Of a stretch of DNA of 64,000 nt, positions 47,856 through 58,195 are shown piece after piece (the stretch's first letter is position 1; every line of letters starts with the position of its first letter). The position numbers were made by a program, and so were the translations under genes. A model generated the notes under the pieces. The model made no database searches. It worked only from the letters and a program-made list of their open reading frames with translations, and had not been told where the DNA came from. Source of the stretch: an uncultured virus (IMG/VR IMGVR_UViG_3300021092_000027) (lineage: Duplodnaviria; Heunggongvirae; Uroviricota; Caudoviricetes); the IMG/VR virus record IMGVR_UViG_3300021092_000027; one strand, given 5' to 3'.

Positions 47856-48911
47856 TCAGATGCGCTTAGCGAGAGCAGCAACGTATGCTGACATAGACTC
47901 GCTAACGACTTCAATTTTGGCTGGTTCATCTGAAGAAATTTCTCCAGGAACCTCTACTTTGGGAGCACCAAAGTATGATTCTTTGATTTGAATCAGCTTC
48001 TCACGATACGACTCTTCAGTTTTGAATTCAACTGCTTCAGCGAGAGAGGTGAACTTATCCTTTTGGGTCTCTGCGAGACCACGGGTCAGTTCATTCAAAA
48101 TCTCATTTTTACGATAACCAGATACCTTCTCATGCAGTTGGATATTCTTCTCAACTTGTTCGTTGAGTCGGGTCTCCATTTCATCAAGCTTTTCGCTCAT
48201 CTCTGAAACAAGATCAAGTTGCTCGTTAGGAACGTTGATGTTGCTTTCGATGAACAGATTTCTAAGACCTTCCATGAAGCTCTCTACAATTTCAGCGCGG
48301 AGACCTTGCTCAATAGAGAGCTCGTTCTCGGTCATCCACTCTTCACATGCATAATTCAGGAAGTTCTCTACACGTCCAGCAAACTCTTCTTTGATCGATT
48401 CGATCTCTTCAGTGAGTTTTGCTTCGACGGATTCCTTAATAGCAAAAACCTTTTCTTCTACTTTTGCAGATACTGCTGCTTCGAAAACGGTTTTTGCTTT
48501 TTCTTGGAATTCTTCGGACAGATCAGCACCAGACAGAATCGCTACGATGTCTTCGGTGTTGTCCTCTTCGGTAACTACCTCGCCCTCTGCCTCTACTTCG
48601 TCAAAGATCTTTGCAGACAGAGCACCAGGCATAGCGGAGGAAGCACCACTAGGCTTGGTCTTGAGGGTAGAATCTTTAGTCGCAGTCACAGGAGCAGCAG
48701 CCTTGGCACCAGGATTATCTGTGCCTTCTGGTTTCTCCTTGCTGTTGCTTGCAACCTCCGAACCATCATTCTTGAGGTCGGACTTTTGAGGAGGAACAGC
48801 GCCTTTCTTGATGGCAGCATCGCCAGTGGCAGCTTCTTCCTCAATAACTTCTTCTTCAACCGCAGTCTTTTCTGCGATCAATTTCTGAAATTTTTCATCA
48901 ATAGTAGACAT
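47856..48911 (-). CDS. gp22: Prohead core scaffold protein
   Basis: LSEEFQEKAKTVFEAAV, EEWMTEN, acidic coiled coil; synteny. Confidence 0.92.
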   Translation of the reverse strand: MSTIDEKFQKLIAEKTAVEEEVIEEEAATGDAAIKKGAVPPQKSDLKNDGSEVASNSKEKPEGTDNPGAKAAAPVTATKDSTLKTKPSGASSAMPGALSAKIFDEVEAEGEVVTEEDNTEDIVAILSGADLSEEFQEKAKTVFEAAVSAKVEEKVFAIKESVEAKLTEEIESIKEEFAGRVENFLNYACEEWMTENELSIEQGLRAEIVESFMEGLRNLFIESNINVPNEQLDLVSEMSEKLDEMETRLNEQVEKNIQLHEKVSGYRKNEILNELTRGLAETQKDKFTSLAEAVEFKTEESYREKLIQIKESYFGAPKVEVPGEISSDEPAKIEVVSESMSAYVAALAKRI

Positions 48912-48954
48912 AATTGCTCCTACGGGTAATAAGACTGCGGGGTAATTTCTATAT

Positions 48955-48963
48955 TTATTTATA
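48955..48963 (-). promoter_or_regulatory. T4-type late promoter
   Basis: TATAAATA upstream of gp22. Confidence 0.75.
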
Positions 48964-48965
48964 AA

Positions 48966-49613
48966 TCACAAATTTCTGAGGAAAAGTTCAAATGCGCGTA
49001 ACTTTCTCTCTTGAAGCTCTTGACTACTGGGTGCAGTGTCAAGCATTTGCTTGATCTGTTCGATGTGTACTTCCTTAATGCGGTTACCTTCCATGACCCA
49101 CTCTTTACCTTCATAGATTCCCTCAACAAATGCATCGGGGGCAGAAGGATCTGCTACGATATCCGCAGCAGTAGCAAGCATAAAGTCATCAGCAACTACA
49201 TTAGTGTTTCCCTCTTTTCTAATGGAACCAAGTCCTCTAGAAGAGACACCGAGCTGAACCCCCTCGTCAAGTAAGCTCTTTGCGATCTTACCCATAGGGG
49301 TTTCTAAAAGTTTTGCCTTACCAATAAAGTTTGTACCTTCTGGATAAAGCTCAACAATTTTATGTGACACACGATCGAGGTTAATCGTTGGACCGTCAGG
49401 ATGTCCAAGTTCTCCGAGAGCACGTCCGCGCTGAACGAACTCTTCGTTGTACTTATTGACCTCACGTTCCATGGTTGCATATTTGTACATGCGCCCATTT
49501 CTGTTATTGATCTCAGTTTGAAGGAAGATACCCTTAATAAAAGTATCTTTCTTACCGTCGTTTTCTTCGGTAAGAATTTCAATATCTTCAATCTGTTCCG
49601 TGATCAGTTTCAT
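48966..49613 (-). CDS. gp21: Prohead protease
   Basis: NRNGRMY, GELGHP, GVSSRGLGS, DPSAPDA. Confidence 0.97.
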   Translation of the reverse strand: MKLITEQIEDIEILTEENDGKKDTFIKGIFLQTEINNRNGRMYKYATMEREVNKYNEEFVQRGRALGELGHPDGPTINLDRVSHKIVELYPEGTNFIGKAKLLETPMGKIAKSLLDEGVQLGVSSRGLGSIRKEGNTNVVADDFMLATAADIVADPSAPDAFVEGIYEGKEWVMEGNRIKEVHIEQIKQMLDTAPSSQELQERKLRAFELFLRNL

Positions 49614-49836
49614 CGGTTTCCTCTTCTGTGGTTTCGTCTTCAGTTTCTTCCTCTTCTTCGCTTTCGGGTTCTCCGTCTACGGGAACATGAGGAAACATTT
49701 TTGCTGCAATATCTTGTTTAGAAGCATCCACTGCCATAGCAGCTTTTACCTGCAGCATGTCTTTGAGTTTTGCAAGCGCATCCGCTTGATCATTATCCCA
49801 AAGCAAATCAACGATTTCTCGCTCTTGTGTATCCAT
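49588..49836 (-). CDS. Small acidic prohead core protein (gp67-like position)
   Basis: Acidic 82 aa ORF between portal and protease. Confidence 0.65.
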   Translation of the reverse strand: MDTQEREIVDLLWDNDQADALAKLKDMLQVKAAMAVDASKQDIAAKMFPHVPVDGEPESEEEEETEDETTEEETDETDHGTD

Positions 49837-49856
49837 AATATTAACTTGACTGTAAA

Positions 49857-51485
49857 TTATTTATTACTGTTGCTCTTTTGAGATGCGGGTTTGGGCGGAT
49901 TTTTAGCTTGCTGGATCTGAACCTTCTTCATATCCATGTCCAAGTCTGCGCTTTGCTGCTCCCTATCCATGGAATCTTTCTCTTGAGATACCGTGTCGAG
50001 CGGATCAATTACTTTGCCAGACTTGATATCATTTGCCATTTCAACATCCAACTCTTCCATTTGTTTCTCAGTCTGACCAAGAATTTGTTTGCGAATGTAA
50101 TCCGTAGAGAAATACTTACCGACAAATGGATCCATCTGCGCGAGAATCTGAAGTTTCTCGTTCATCATCTCAAGGTTCTTTAATTCCGTGAAATGATTGT
50201 CATACAGATAGTCATACTGAATGTGCTCCTTCATCTGCTCCCAATCTTCAGGAGTAATAACTCCTTTGAGAATCAATTGAGTTTTCAGAGTATCTTGGAA
50301 CAGTTCACTGAACTTTTTACGAAGCTTACCAACAAACTTTGTGAACTTTAGTTCATCTCTGGTGATCTCAGAAGATCTACCAAGGTTAAATGAGGTAGCG
50401 GAATCGAGTCTACCAGAAGGGACATTTAACGCTTTGTAAAGTTTTGTTTGGAAATATTGCACATCTGTAAGCTCTCCGAGGTTCTGCCCTCCTGGGAGAG
50501 TTGTGATCTCCGTGCCACGACCACCTTCCCTACGTGGAAGCCAAAAGTCTTCCAGCATAGACATATATTTGCGATCGTCACGGATCTCCCCAGTATTGGC
50601 GTCGTAAACTAACTTGTTACGATAACGACCCATTACCTCTCTGAGGTATTGTTCTGCTTTTACCTTGGGAAGATTACCAACGTCGATGTAGAAAATTCTA
50701 CGTTCTGGTGCGCGAGAGATTCTGTAAATAACAAGACTGTCCTCAATCATTCTCAGTTGATTGAGAACTTTAATTGCCTTGTGTAAATATGAAAGAACAA
50801 TATTTCTATTCGTATCTAAGATGCCAGATGTCACATAGGTGATAGCATCTTTTGCAATTTTAATACCACTATTTGCAGCAGTATTGTTTAATCCTTTTGA
50901 GTTGTAAATGAAATATTCCTCGGTCCTACCGAAATCATAATTCATAAACTCGTCAACGTTCTTCGGATTCTTATTAATCTGACGAACTTTTTTAATCTTG
51001 TTTGGATCGATATAACGCAGCTCAAGAATGCCATCTTGAGGTTTGTTTAAGTCGATTACTTTATGATAATATAAACGCCCATCGATGTACCAACGACGGA
51101 ACATCTCATGGGCTTTGTTATCAAATCCAAAAAGATTTTTGATATAATCAAACTCTTTGCGAATCATTCCCTTGACGCTATCGCTAACTTCAAGGTTGTC
51201 AAGATTAATTTCTACTGGGGAATCATTCTGATCAGCAACGATTGCTTCATGAACAATATCCTCAATAGCGGAATCAACTTCTGGATGCATCGCCATTTCG
51301 CGATACTTTACCACCATGTCAAACTCGGTCTTAAAGTTACCATCTAAGTCAATATACTGACCGTAGTAACCTCCAGCAATAAAGCTAGTAGCGCCGTCTT
51401 CGTTTGTAGGGGGAACAGGGGAAGGTGCGTTTACCTTTTTCCCCTGTTCTTTTTCCCTAAACGAAAATCCAAATAACTCTGCCAT
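49857..51485 (-). CDS. gp20: Portal protein
   Basis: IYRISRAPERRIFYIDVGNLP, EDFWLPRREGGRGTEI. Confidence 0.98.
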   Translation of the reverse strand: MAELFGFSFREKEQGKKVNAPSPVPPTNEDGATSFIAGGYYGQYIDLDGNFKTEFDMVVKYREMAMHPEVDSAIEDIVHEAIVADQNDSPVEINLDNLEVSDSVKGMIRKEFDYIKNLFGFDNKAHEMFRRWYIDGRLYYHKVIDLNKPQDGILELRYIDPNKIKKVRQINKNPKNVDEFMNYDFGRTEEYFIYNSKGLNNTAANSGIKIAKDAITYVTSGILDTNRNIVLSYLHKAIKVLNQLRMIEDSLVIYRISRAPERRIFYIDVGNLPKVKAEQYLREVMGRYRNKLVYDANTGEIRDDRKYMSMLEDFWLPRREGGRGTEITTLPGGQNLGELTDVQYFQTKLYKALNVPSGRLDSATSFNLGRSSEITRDELKFTKFVGKLRKKFSELFQDTLKTQLILKGVITPEDWEQMKEHIQYDYLYDNHFTELKNLEMMNEKLQILAQMDPFVGKYFSTDYIRKQILGQTEKQMEELDVEMANDIKSGKVIDPLDTVSQEKDSMDREQQSADLDMDMKKVQIQQAKNPPKPASQKSNSNK

Positions 51486-51526
51486 TATAAATCTTTTGAT
51501 TCCGTTCTACTATTTAGTTTACTAAT

Positions 51527-52129
51527 TTAGACGTTAGCTGCTTCCATAGTATTACCACCACCGCCTTGTTGGGCAGATGTGGTAAAGAACTGGTATGCAA
51601 ACTCTACGTCAAATTCCTCATAGGAATCGTTGTTGTCATATGCAACAGTTACCTGAGAAACTGAAACTGGGAAAGCTTGAACCAGAGTGTAGCTTCTAAT
51701 AGCTCTTAAACCATTAGCGCCACCACCAAACTTATCAAGTTGTGCAATTTCAATATCCTTAAGGATATCGCTATAAGCAGTTACTTCAGAAATGTTGGCG
51801 TTAACTCTGTTTGTCAGATCAACCCATCTTTCGTAGGCACCTCTGAGTTGGAAGCTATCATCCATGTAGAATGTTGCTGTCCAGTTCTCAAAGGTTCTGT
51901 CTCCAGGAACTTTAATCACACGACCACGGAAAGGAAGTTCTACCGTTCCGACGCTAGTTGCTGGCAGAGCAGCGGACTTACACATGATTGAAACTGTCTC
52001 TCCATCTGGTCCATTCAAACCACCAGCATCAGGAAATGAATGCTGGACTTGGAACAGATTGGGGCGAACTGCCCCTTTGATTTTATTTTGAAATTTGCTC
52101 AACCCAAGAGCACTTGCTTCTAATGCCAT
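51527..52129 (-). CDS. gp19: Tail tube protein
   Basis: RPNLF, PFRGR…PGDRTFENW, EEFDVEF. Confidence 0.95.
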   Translation of the reverse strand: MALEASALGLSKFQNKIKGAVRPNLFQVQHSFPDAGGLNGPDGETVSIMCKSAALPATSVGTVELPFRGRVIKVPGDRTFENWTATFYMDDSFQLRGAYERWVDLTNRVNANISEVTAYSDILKDIEIAQLDKFGGGANGLRAIRSYTLVQAFPVSVSQVTVAYDNNDSYEEFDVEFAYQFFTTSAQQGGGGNTMEAANV

Positions 52130-52151
52130 TTTAGATACTTCTCCTGATTAA

Positions 52152-54113
52152 TTATCTACGGGGAACGACTTCTTCAAAGCTAACTCCAGTGCGAGTTGCG
52201 ATGAAGGTCAGGGTGATGAAGTTAATAGAGCGTGCTGGTTTGATGTAAATCTCAGCAACGAATTCGTTGGAATCAATTACTGCAGCAGTGTTATTAGTGT
52301 CATCGCAGACTACAAGAAAATCTGTGATGCCTCTAGCAGCTTGAATGTCTCTGAGGAATGGCTCAACAACATTCTTAAAGTTTGCTCTAGTGAACTCATC
52401 GTTAATTTCAAAGAGTACCCCCTTCGCAGCGTTACCGATTGTCTTCTCTGCAATCAGGAAGAGACGGCGAACGTTAATGCGATCAAATGCGGATGGCGAA
52501 GCGAGAGCTGTTTTGTCACCAAAGAGAACAATTCCTTGACCAGGCAGAGAAGTAACTGGGTTGATTCTCTTCTGATAGAGGCGATCTCTTTCAGCTTTGG
52601 TTGGTGAATATGCTAACTTAATAGCATTTTTGATTGAACCACGATTCAGACCAGCTGGTGAGAACCATGGAGTTCCGTTTGCTGTAACGGAAGCGCACAG
52701 ACCAGCAACATCTGGGTTGCAAGGAATGTAGCGATACTTATCGTTGAATCTGTCATAGATGTACTTATATCCGTTATCGAAAACGGCATATGAAGTGCTT
52801 TCTAACGAATCGAAGAAAGAGACAACGTTGTTAGTTTGATCAGTCGATGACTGTACACCGATAACGTTTGATCTTGCTGGTGAAAGGAAAGCGATGCAAT
52901 CTTTTCTGGAAGATGCAATACTGATCAGAGAAGCTGCTTTTGACTTAGCATCAGAAACGCTACCAGCAGAAGGACCCATCAGGAGATAGTCAACCTGAAC
53001 GGTTTCTGGATCAGCAAGTTCTTGATATGCTTGTTGTACTTCACCAAGAGTAACTGCAAAATCATCTGCACCCTTTGCAAGAGTGTATACGTATTTTCCA
53101 AGAATATCAAATGCAGTTGAAGAAGTGCCACCAGTATTGGTGTTAGATGAAGTAACTGCATTTGCGCTTACTTCATAAGAATCTTCTTCATGCTTACCCC
53201 AGTGAACCCAAGATGAAGCTTCAAGAATAACATCTGGATAGTAATTAACTCCACCTTCTGCAGTTCTTGCGTCAGATGCCTTCGAGAGATAGGTCAACTT
53301 TTCAAGAACAGTATTTGGAGTTCCAGTGATCTTACCATCAGCATCATATACAACCATGTGAAGTTCATCTCTTGAACCACCACGATCTGATACAAACTTT
53401 GAGGTGCCAGGACGAGGAGCGATATTGTTCCACTTGAGACCAGTGAAAACTACTTGCTCATCGTACCATTCAGCAACTGCTGAGATTGACAGGTCAGTAG
53501 CACCATTTTCTACAGAGTCGCTTCCAGTAAACTCACCACCAGTTTTGTTAATAATGGCAAGCTTGTTAGATACAGAATCCCAGGAATAAATCCATGCCTC
53601 TTTAGTTGCACCAACGTTAGTGATTACTGTACCAACAGTAGTAGTCGAAGGTGCGCCACTCAGGGTCAGGATTTGATCAGCGCCAGAATCAATAAAAGCA
53701 ACACGTAAAGAGTTTCCAATTGCCCCAGGTGTTCTGGCAGCAAAGTGCCAACCGTTATTACCAGTGTAATAGTTTGATTCGAAATCTTCCTTATTCTTGA
53801 TCTTTAAGGTATATGGGAGTGTTGCGTCATCCGATGCGTTGAGGTGACTTGCATCACATCTTACAACATCAAGAACACCACCATAAGCTAAGAAGCTCGA
53901 TGCACACCACCAGTATTCGTAGTTCTCTTCTACTGGTTTACCAAAGATTTCCAGGAGCTGCGCTTCACTGGTAACTCTGGTTGGTGTAAGAACTGGACCC
54001 TTTTGGAAAGGACCAGCAATAGCTCCTACATTAGTTTCTACTGTCTCAATCGATCCAAGAGTGAGGTCTCTTTCTTGGATCGCTACTCCTGGCGAGAGAA
54101 GCGTGCTAGCCAT
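52152..54113 (-). CDS. gp18: Tail sheath protein
   Basis: LSPGV, WFSPAG, FDRINVRRLF, IKPARSINFI. Confidence 0.97.
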   Translation of the reverse strand: MASTLLSPGVAIQERDLTLGSIETVETNVGAIAGPFQKGPVLTPTRVTSEAQLLEIFGKPVEENYEYWWCASSFLAYGGVLDVVRCDASHLNASDDATLPYTLKIKNKEDFESNYYTGNNGWHFAARTPGAIGNSLRVAFIDSGADQILTLSGAPSTTTVGTVITNVGATKEAWIYSWDSVSNKLAIINKTGGEFTGSDSVENGATDLSISAVAEWYDEQVVFTGLKWNNIAPRPGTSKFVSDRGGSRDELHMVVYDADGKITGTPNTVLEKLTYLSKASDARTAEGGVNYYPDVILEASSWVHWGKHEEDSYEVSANAVTSSNTNTGGTSSTAFDILGKYVYTLAKGADDFAVTLGEVQQAYQELADPETVQVDYLLMGPSAGSVSDAKSKAASLISIASSRKDCIAFLSPARSNVIGVQSSTDQTNNVVSFFDSLESTSYAVFDNGYKYIYDRFNDKYRYIPCNPDVAGLCASVTANGTPWFSPAGLNRGSIKNAIKLAYSPTKAERDRLYQKRINPVTSLPGQGIVLFGDKTALASPSAFDRINVRRLFLIAEKTIGNAAKGVLFEINDEFTRANFKNVVEPFLRDIQAARGITDFLVVCDDTNNTAAVIDSNEFVAEIYIKPARSINFITLTFIATRTGVSFEEVVPRR

Positions 54114-54153
54114 GCGTTAACTCCTGAATAAAGATTTCATTTTTGTCTAGAAT

Positions 54154-54161
54154 TATTTATA
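54154..54161 (-). promoter_or_regulatory. T4-type late promoter
   Basis: TATAAATA upstream of gp18. Confidence 0.75.
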
Positions 54162-54173
54162 AATTGCCTTGTT

Positions 54174-55850
54174 TCAGCGATACTCCCACATGAAGGAACG
54201 ATCACCATATTCGTCAAGATTCCATCCAGCATTCCGATCATTAATATCTGCAGTCCAAATATTTCCTTGACTGTCAACTTCAACCATATCATCTAGACCA
54301 TCAAGAATAAAACCAAACGGTGCCATGTCCTGCTCAATTTGATTTTTCTGCTCTTCATATATCCTCTTTCGGATATCTTGATCTGTCATCTCCTTAAAAT
54401 AAGGTTGTTGAACCAACCAAGAAAAAATAACCAAACACATTACCAAGTCATCGTTGTATCCTTCATCGGCTTCAAACGATTGTTTTCTTTGAATGAACGT
54501 TGTTAGTTCCGAAACAATATTGTAATCATTTACAACTAACTTATCGTCTTCTATTAATGTCTTTAAGTTTGAACATCCTTGAGCTTTAACTGTCTTGGAC
54601 ATCTTGACTCCCATTTGAGTTTTACCTCCAGAGAATCCATGTCCAACTATTTGACCTGCACGACCTCTCATCGCACACATCAAAACATTTTCATATTCAA
54701 TATCATAGTGAAGCATGGAGGCAACAGCTTCTCCAATATCATTTACTTCAACTAAAACATATGCATTATTATAACTTGATGCCACCCGTTGAATAACATT
54801 AGGAAGCAACATGGGTTTGATATCATGGTCCCTATATTTTGCCACTAGCTTCCACGGAGCTTGAGTAATATCAATAACAACGAAAGCAGAGTAGTCCTGA
54901 GACAAACCTCTACTAACATCAACACATATAATATAATCGTGGTTATCGAGTGCTGGTTCATATACATCCAAACCTGCGTTACTTGTGATGGGATCTTCGT
55001 ATATTAATGATCTAATTTTTGATGCTGAAATTAAAGTATCAACAGATCCGAGAAACTCACATTCAAATTCTTGTGTGAACTGTCGTTCAGATGTATTAGC
55101 TATTGTAGTTCGTTTCCAATCATCATCCCTACCAGGAACTTCTGACCAGTGAACTTCGGTCCAAATATATCCATTCCTATTCTTCTGAGCATCAACCCAA
55201 AGTTTATAGAAATGGTTCATTCCATTTGGCGTTGAAATAATTATGACCTTCGTGCTTTTACCTGAAGTAATAGTAGGATAAACAGAGGCAAAGAATTGCT
55301 CTGCAATATGGTTTGGAATGAAAGCGAATTCGTCGAGGAAGATGATATTAAACGACATGCCTCGGACAGCAGACGCAGATGTAGAAGCTGCCAATATCTT
55401 ACTGCCATTTTCCAACTCCATCGAACCTTTGTTGTAGACCACTATACCCTGTTGCATCCAGAGTGGCAACTGTTCATAAGCTAACTGTAACCTACCCAGA
55501 AGGTCCCTGGCTGTGGACAATTTGTTTGCCAGGATGCCTATGTTGACGTTATCGTTAAACAGGGCATAATGGAGGAGATACGATACACACGTTGTTGATT
55601 TGCCAGTCTGTCTTGGCAACTTTGCAATATTGAATCTATGCTCGTGGAAATTTTGAATGAGCTGCTTTTGAAAATCCCACATCTTAAAGGGAACAACACC
55701 TTCATCAAGAGAGATAATTTTCACATAGTTCATAGCAAAGTAGACTGGATCTTCTTTGCACTTGATGTATTCTTGAATCTGTTCTTCCGTAAACTCAATT
55801 GGCGTTCCAACTTTCTTGAGGTTGGGGTTACCAAGATAAAATTCAGACAT
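54174..55850 (-). CDS. gp17: Terminase large subunit
   Basis: YLGNPNLK, PRQTGKST, LDEFAF, STPNG, DDLVM. Confidence 0.98.
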   Translation of the reverse strand: MSEFYLGNPNLKKVGTPIEFTEEQIQEYIKCKEDPVYFAMNYVKIISLDEGVVPFKMWDFQKQLIQNFHEHRFNIAKLPRQTGKSTTCVSYLLHYALFNDNVNIGILANKLSTARDLLGRLQLAYEQLPLWMQQGIVVYNKGSMELENGSKILAASTSASAVRGMSFNIIFLDEFAFIPNHIAEQFFASVYPTITSGKSTKVIIISTPNGMNHFYKLWVDAQKNRNGYIWTEVHWSEVPGRDDDWKRTTIANTSERQFTQEFECEFLGSVDTLISASKIRSLIYEDPITSNAGLDVYEPALDNHDYIICVDVSRGLSQDYSAFVVIDITQAPWKLVAKYRDHDIKPMLLPNVIQRVASSYNNAYVLVEVNDIGEAVASMLHYDIEYENVLMCAMRGRAGQIVGHGFSGGKTQMGVKMSKTVKAQGCSNLKTLIEDDKLVVNDYNIVSELTTFIQRKQSFEADEGYNDDLVMCLVIFSWLVQQPYFKEMTDQDIRKRIYEEQKNQIEQDMAPFGFILDGLDDMVEVDSQGNIWTADINDRNAGWNLDEYGDRSFMWEYR

Positions 55851-55879
55851 GTCTAATAGTTCTTCACAGAACTATTTAA

Positions 55880-55903
55880 CAAAAAAAGGAGGTCAAGCCT
55901 CCC
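55880..55903 (-). terminator. Terminator hairpin before the gp17 late-promoter-like site
   Basis: GGAGG-CTTGA-CCTCC followed by a T-run, then TTAAATA. Confidence 0.6.
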
Positions 55904-56078
55904 TAAAGTTATTTAAATAATACCAATCTTCTGCAGTTTCGTAACTCTCAAAGTAGTGGATTCTACCTTTCCAAACTAAAGTAAATCTTCCAATTAAGCT
56001 ATCGAAACCGATGTTAGGCTTACCATCCTCTTCAATTTCGTCTTCGACATAGAGACGATCTTCTGGAACTTCACTCAT
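55893..56078 (-). CDS. Small hypothetical protein
   Basis: 61 aa ORF in a chain of small genes. Confidence 0.6.
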   Translation of the reverse strand: MSEVPEDRLYVEDEIEEDGKPNIGFDSLIGRFTLVWKGRIHYFESYETAEDWYYLNNFREA

Positions 56079-56220
56079 CTAAAACCTTCTCCCTTTCTAC
56101 TCTTGCGAGTTCACGTTCAATTATAGCACGAACTTGTCTTGCTCGTCCAGTCTCTCTAAATTGCTCTAGTATAAAAAGTTCTCTTTGTAGGTCTTCGATC
56201 GAGGGAAATCTTTCTTCCAT
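56071..56220 (-). CDS. Small hypothetical protein (49 aa)
   Basis: MEERFPSIEDLQRELF…; fills the gap in the chain. Confidence 0.55.
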   Translation of the reverse strand: MEERFPSIEDLQRELFILEQFRETGRARQVRAIIERELARVEREKVLDE

Positions 56221-56224
56221 AACA

Positions 56225-56329
56225 CTACTCTGTGAATGCAATCCAGAGTATATATCCTACGCAGAAAAGTGTCAATAATAATCCTACACAAAGGATTGCT
56301 ACAACACCATATGGAAAATCTTGTGGCAT
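56225..56329 (-). CDS. Small single-TM peptide (34 aa)
   Basis: MPQDFPYGVVAILCVGLL…; TAATG coupling. Confidence 0.55.
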   Translation of the reverse strand: MPQDFPYGVVAILCVGLLLTLFCVGYILWIAFTE

Positions 56330-56541
56330 TATGGGTGATCTTCTTCTAATTCTTTAAGTCTTTTTCCCCAGGTTGTTCCCTTTTCGGAACCCCTCTTAGG
56401 ATTTATACAACTATCATCTCCAAATTGATTACAAACAAGACCTGCTAGATCATCTTCATTTCCAAGCTTGTTTGTACCAGTCCAATAATGTTGGTTGCCA
56501 ATCCAGGTAGCCCCGCATTTAGGGCATATCTTTGTGTTCAT
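56329..56541 (-). CDS. Cys-rich small protein
   Basis: CPKCGATW…LAGLVCN…CINP. Confidence 0.75.
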   Translation of the reverse strand: MNTKICPKCGATWIGNQHYWTGTNKLGNEDDLAGLVCNQFGDDSCINPKRGSEKGTTWGKRLKELEEDHP

Positions 56542-56749
56542 CTTTATACTCCTTGAGGAACTTTTGGAAGTCGGTTGTGTCTCTCACTAGTTTCCTCTTG
56601 AGTTTCCAACCCATCCATTTCATTTGAACTCTTACGAATGCATAACGCACTTGCAAATCCGCATAAGCAAAAAGCTTCATGGTCTCTTCCAATCCAGCGT
56701 AAGCTACCAAGATTGCAAAGAAGACTATGATGAAATAAAAACCGTACAT
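56519..56749 (-). CDS. Small membrane protein
   Basis: N-terminal TM; AYAGLEETMKLFAY. Confidence 0.7.
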   Translation of the reverse strand: MYGFYFIIVFFAILVAYAGLEETMKLFAYADLQVRYAFVRVQMKWMGWKLKRKLVRDTTDFQKFLKEYKDEHKDMP

Positions 56750-56845
56750 TTTGGTAACTTTCTGCTACACAGATTATACCACTATTTACCAAAATGAAAC
56801 ATTCTTAAAATTAATGTGATATATCAAAAGAAATTATTAATGATT

Positions 56846-57454
56846 TCATCGGCAGTTCCATCTCCTCAGTGCTTTATTGATTCTGCTATCTGGATCTCTA
56901 GCAGTTTTAGATGAAGTTAGCTTTGTCTTCATTCCTTTCATACGGCGACAGAATGATGCTCTACGCTTAGCTCTTTTTCCTTTGGGTTTCTTTTCAGTAA
57001 CTGCGGTCTGTAGTTTAGAACCTGGGTTCTCTTTACGATATGCATTAACTGCTTTCTGACTCAACCCATCCGTTTTATCCTTACGATTGACTGACTGCCA
57101 ATCCTCCTTTTGCATCTTCTTAACATTCTTCTGTGCTTCAGGGTGCTCTCTAGAGTATACTTTCTTATCGTTTGTAGATTTTTCTACCGCACATCCACAG
57201 TGCTCTCTAAATTCTTTGAATGTTTTCATTTTCCTTTCTTCTTTAGTTAGGAATACTGAAGAATCTGTAGGATCAGATTCCCAAAACGTAACAACTCTAC
57301 TTCCTGGATAAATCCTATCTACAATTCTTTGAGCTTGAGATCTTTGCATTAATGCAGTTTTAGATCTAAAAACATTTACAGAAAAAGGTGACCCTCTCCA
57401 CATCAAGGAGATGGTATAGTATCTACCATAAGAAGTGGGAAGTCTTTCCGCCAT
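56846..57454 (-). CDS. Basic late protein, putative head-internal protein
   Basis: Internal MKTFKEF; C-terminal RRASFCRRM…DPDSRINKALRRWNC. Confidence 0.75.
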   Translation of the reverse strand: MAERLPTSYGRYYTISLMWRGSPFSVNVFRSKTALMQRSQAQRIVDRIYPGSRVVTFWESDPTDSSVFLTKEERKMKTFKEFREHCGCAVEKSTNDKKVYSREHPEAQKNVKKMQKEDWQSVNRKDKTDGLSQKAVNAYRKENPGSKLQTAVTEKKPKGKRAKRRASFCRRMKGMKTKLTSSKTARDPDSRINKALRRWNCR

Positions 57455-57753
57455 CAGTTTCTATATGCAATAGAGGTTGCATACACAATTCCATCAGCGT
57501 AGATAAAATGTGCTGGATTCTTTTCAATAACTAAAGTTTCTTGAAGTGCAACTCTGATGGATGCAATTGGAGCTTGACCTTGGGTGGATACAATATTGAT
57601 TGTTATACCATCTTGATCTTGAGTTGTTCCACCACCAAGAACCAAACCCGCTGGATAAACGTGAATTAATTTGGCATTACTTAAAGTCGTTGCAGTGCCA
57701 CTACTGGTTGGTAATAACGCCGTAGTGTTCAGTGGCTTAATGATACCTGTCAT
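57454..57753 (-). CDS. Small beta-rich hypothetical protein
   Basis: 99 aa ORF in the late cluster. Confidence 0.7.
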   Translation of the reverse strand: MTGIIKPLNTTALLPTSSGTATTLSNAKLIHVYPAGLVLGGGTTQDQDGITINIVSTQGQAPIASIRVALQETLVIEKNPAHFIYADGIVYATSIAYRN

Positions 57754-57775
57754 TTTATTTTAAGTGACCTTCTTT

Positions 57776-58195
57776 TTATTTATCTTTTTTCTTCGATGCG
57801 TCTTTCAACATCTTTTGTAGATCAGCCGTGCTTCCAACAAAAAGAGCATTAGTTACATTAGTAGGACCTTTTGCTTTCTCATCCTTAACATCTTTCTTGA
57901 GTTTTTGGAGTGCCATTAATTTATCGGCAACATCCCCTACGTGCTTGATTAACTGTCCAGCAACTTCGTATGCTCTAGGGTGATCAGAAGACATAGCCAA
58001 ATCAAGAGCGCCGTTGATAGCTTCTTGTCCTTTGTCCACCAGCAGGTATAAATTGGATCTTGCATATTCATAGTCGCTTTGAACATCATCTCCATCAGGT
58101 TTTTCTTTCTTTACCTGAGGTTTTTCTTCTTGTTCAACTGGAACTATCTCGGCAAGAGTCTCAAATGCTTGATCTAAACCTTCAAAATTATCCAT
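57776..58195 (-). CDS. gp16: Terminase small subunit
   Basis: DYEYAR, HPRAYEV, FVGSTADL. Confidence 0.93.
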   Translation of the reverse strand: MDNFEGLDQAFETLAEIVPVEQEEKPQVKKEKPDGDDVQSDYEYARSNLYLLVDKGQEAINGALDLAMSSDHPRAYEVAGQLIKHVGDVADKLMALQKLKKDVKDEKAKGPTNVTNALFVGSTADLQKMLKDASKKKDK

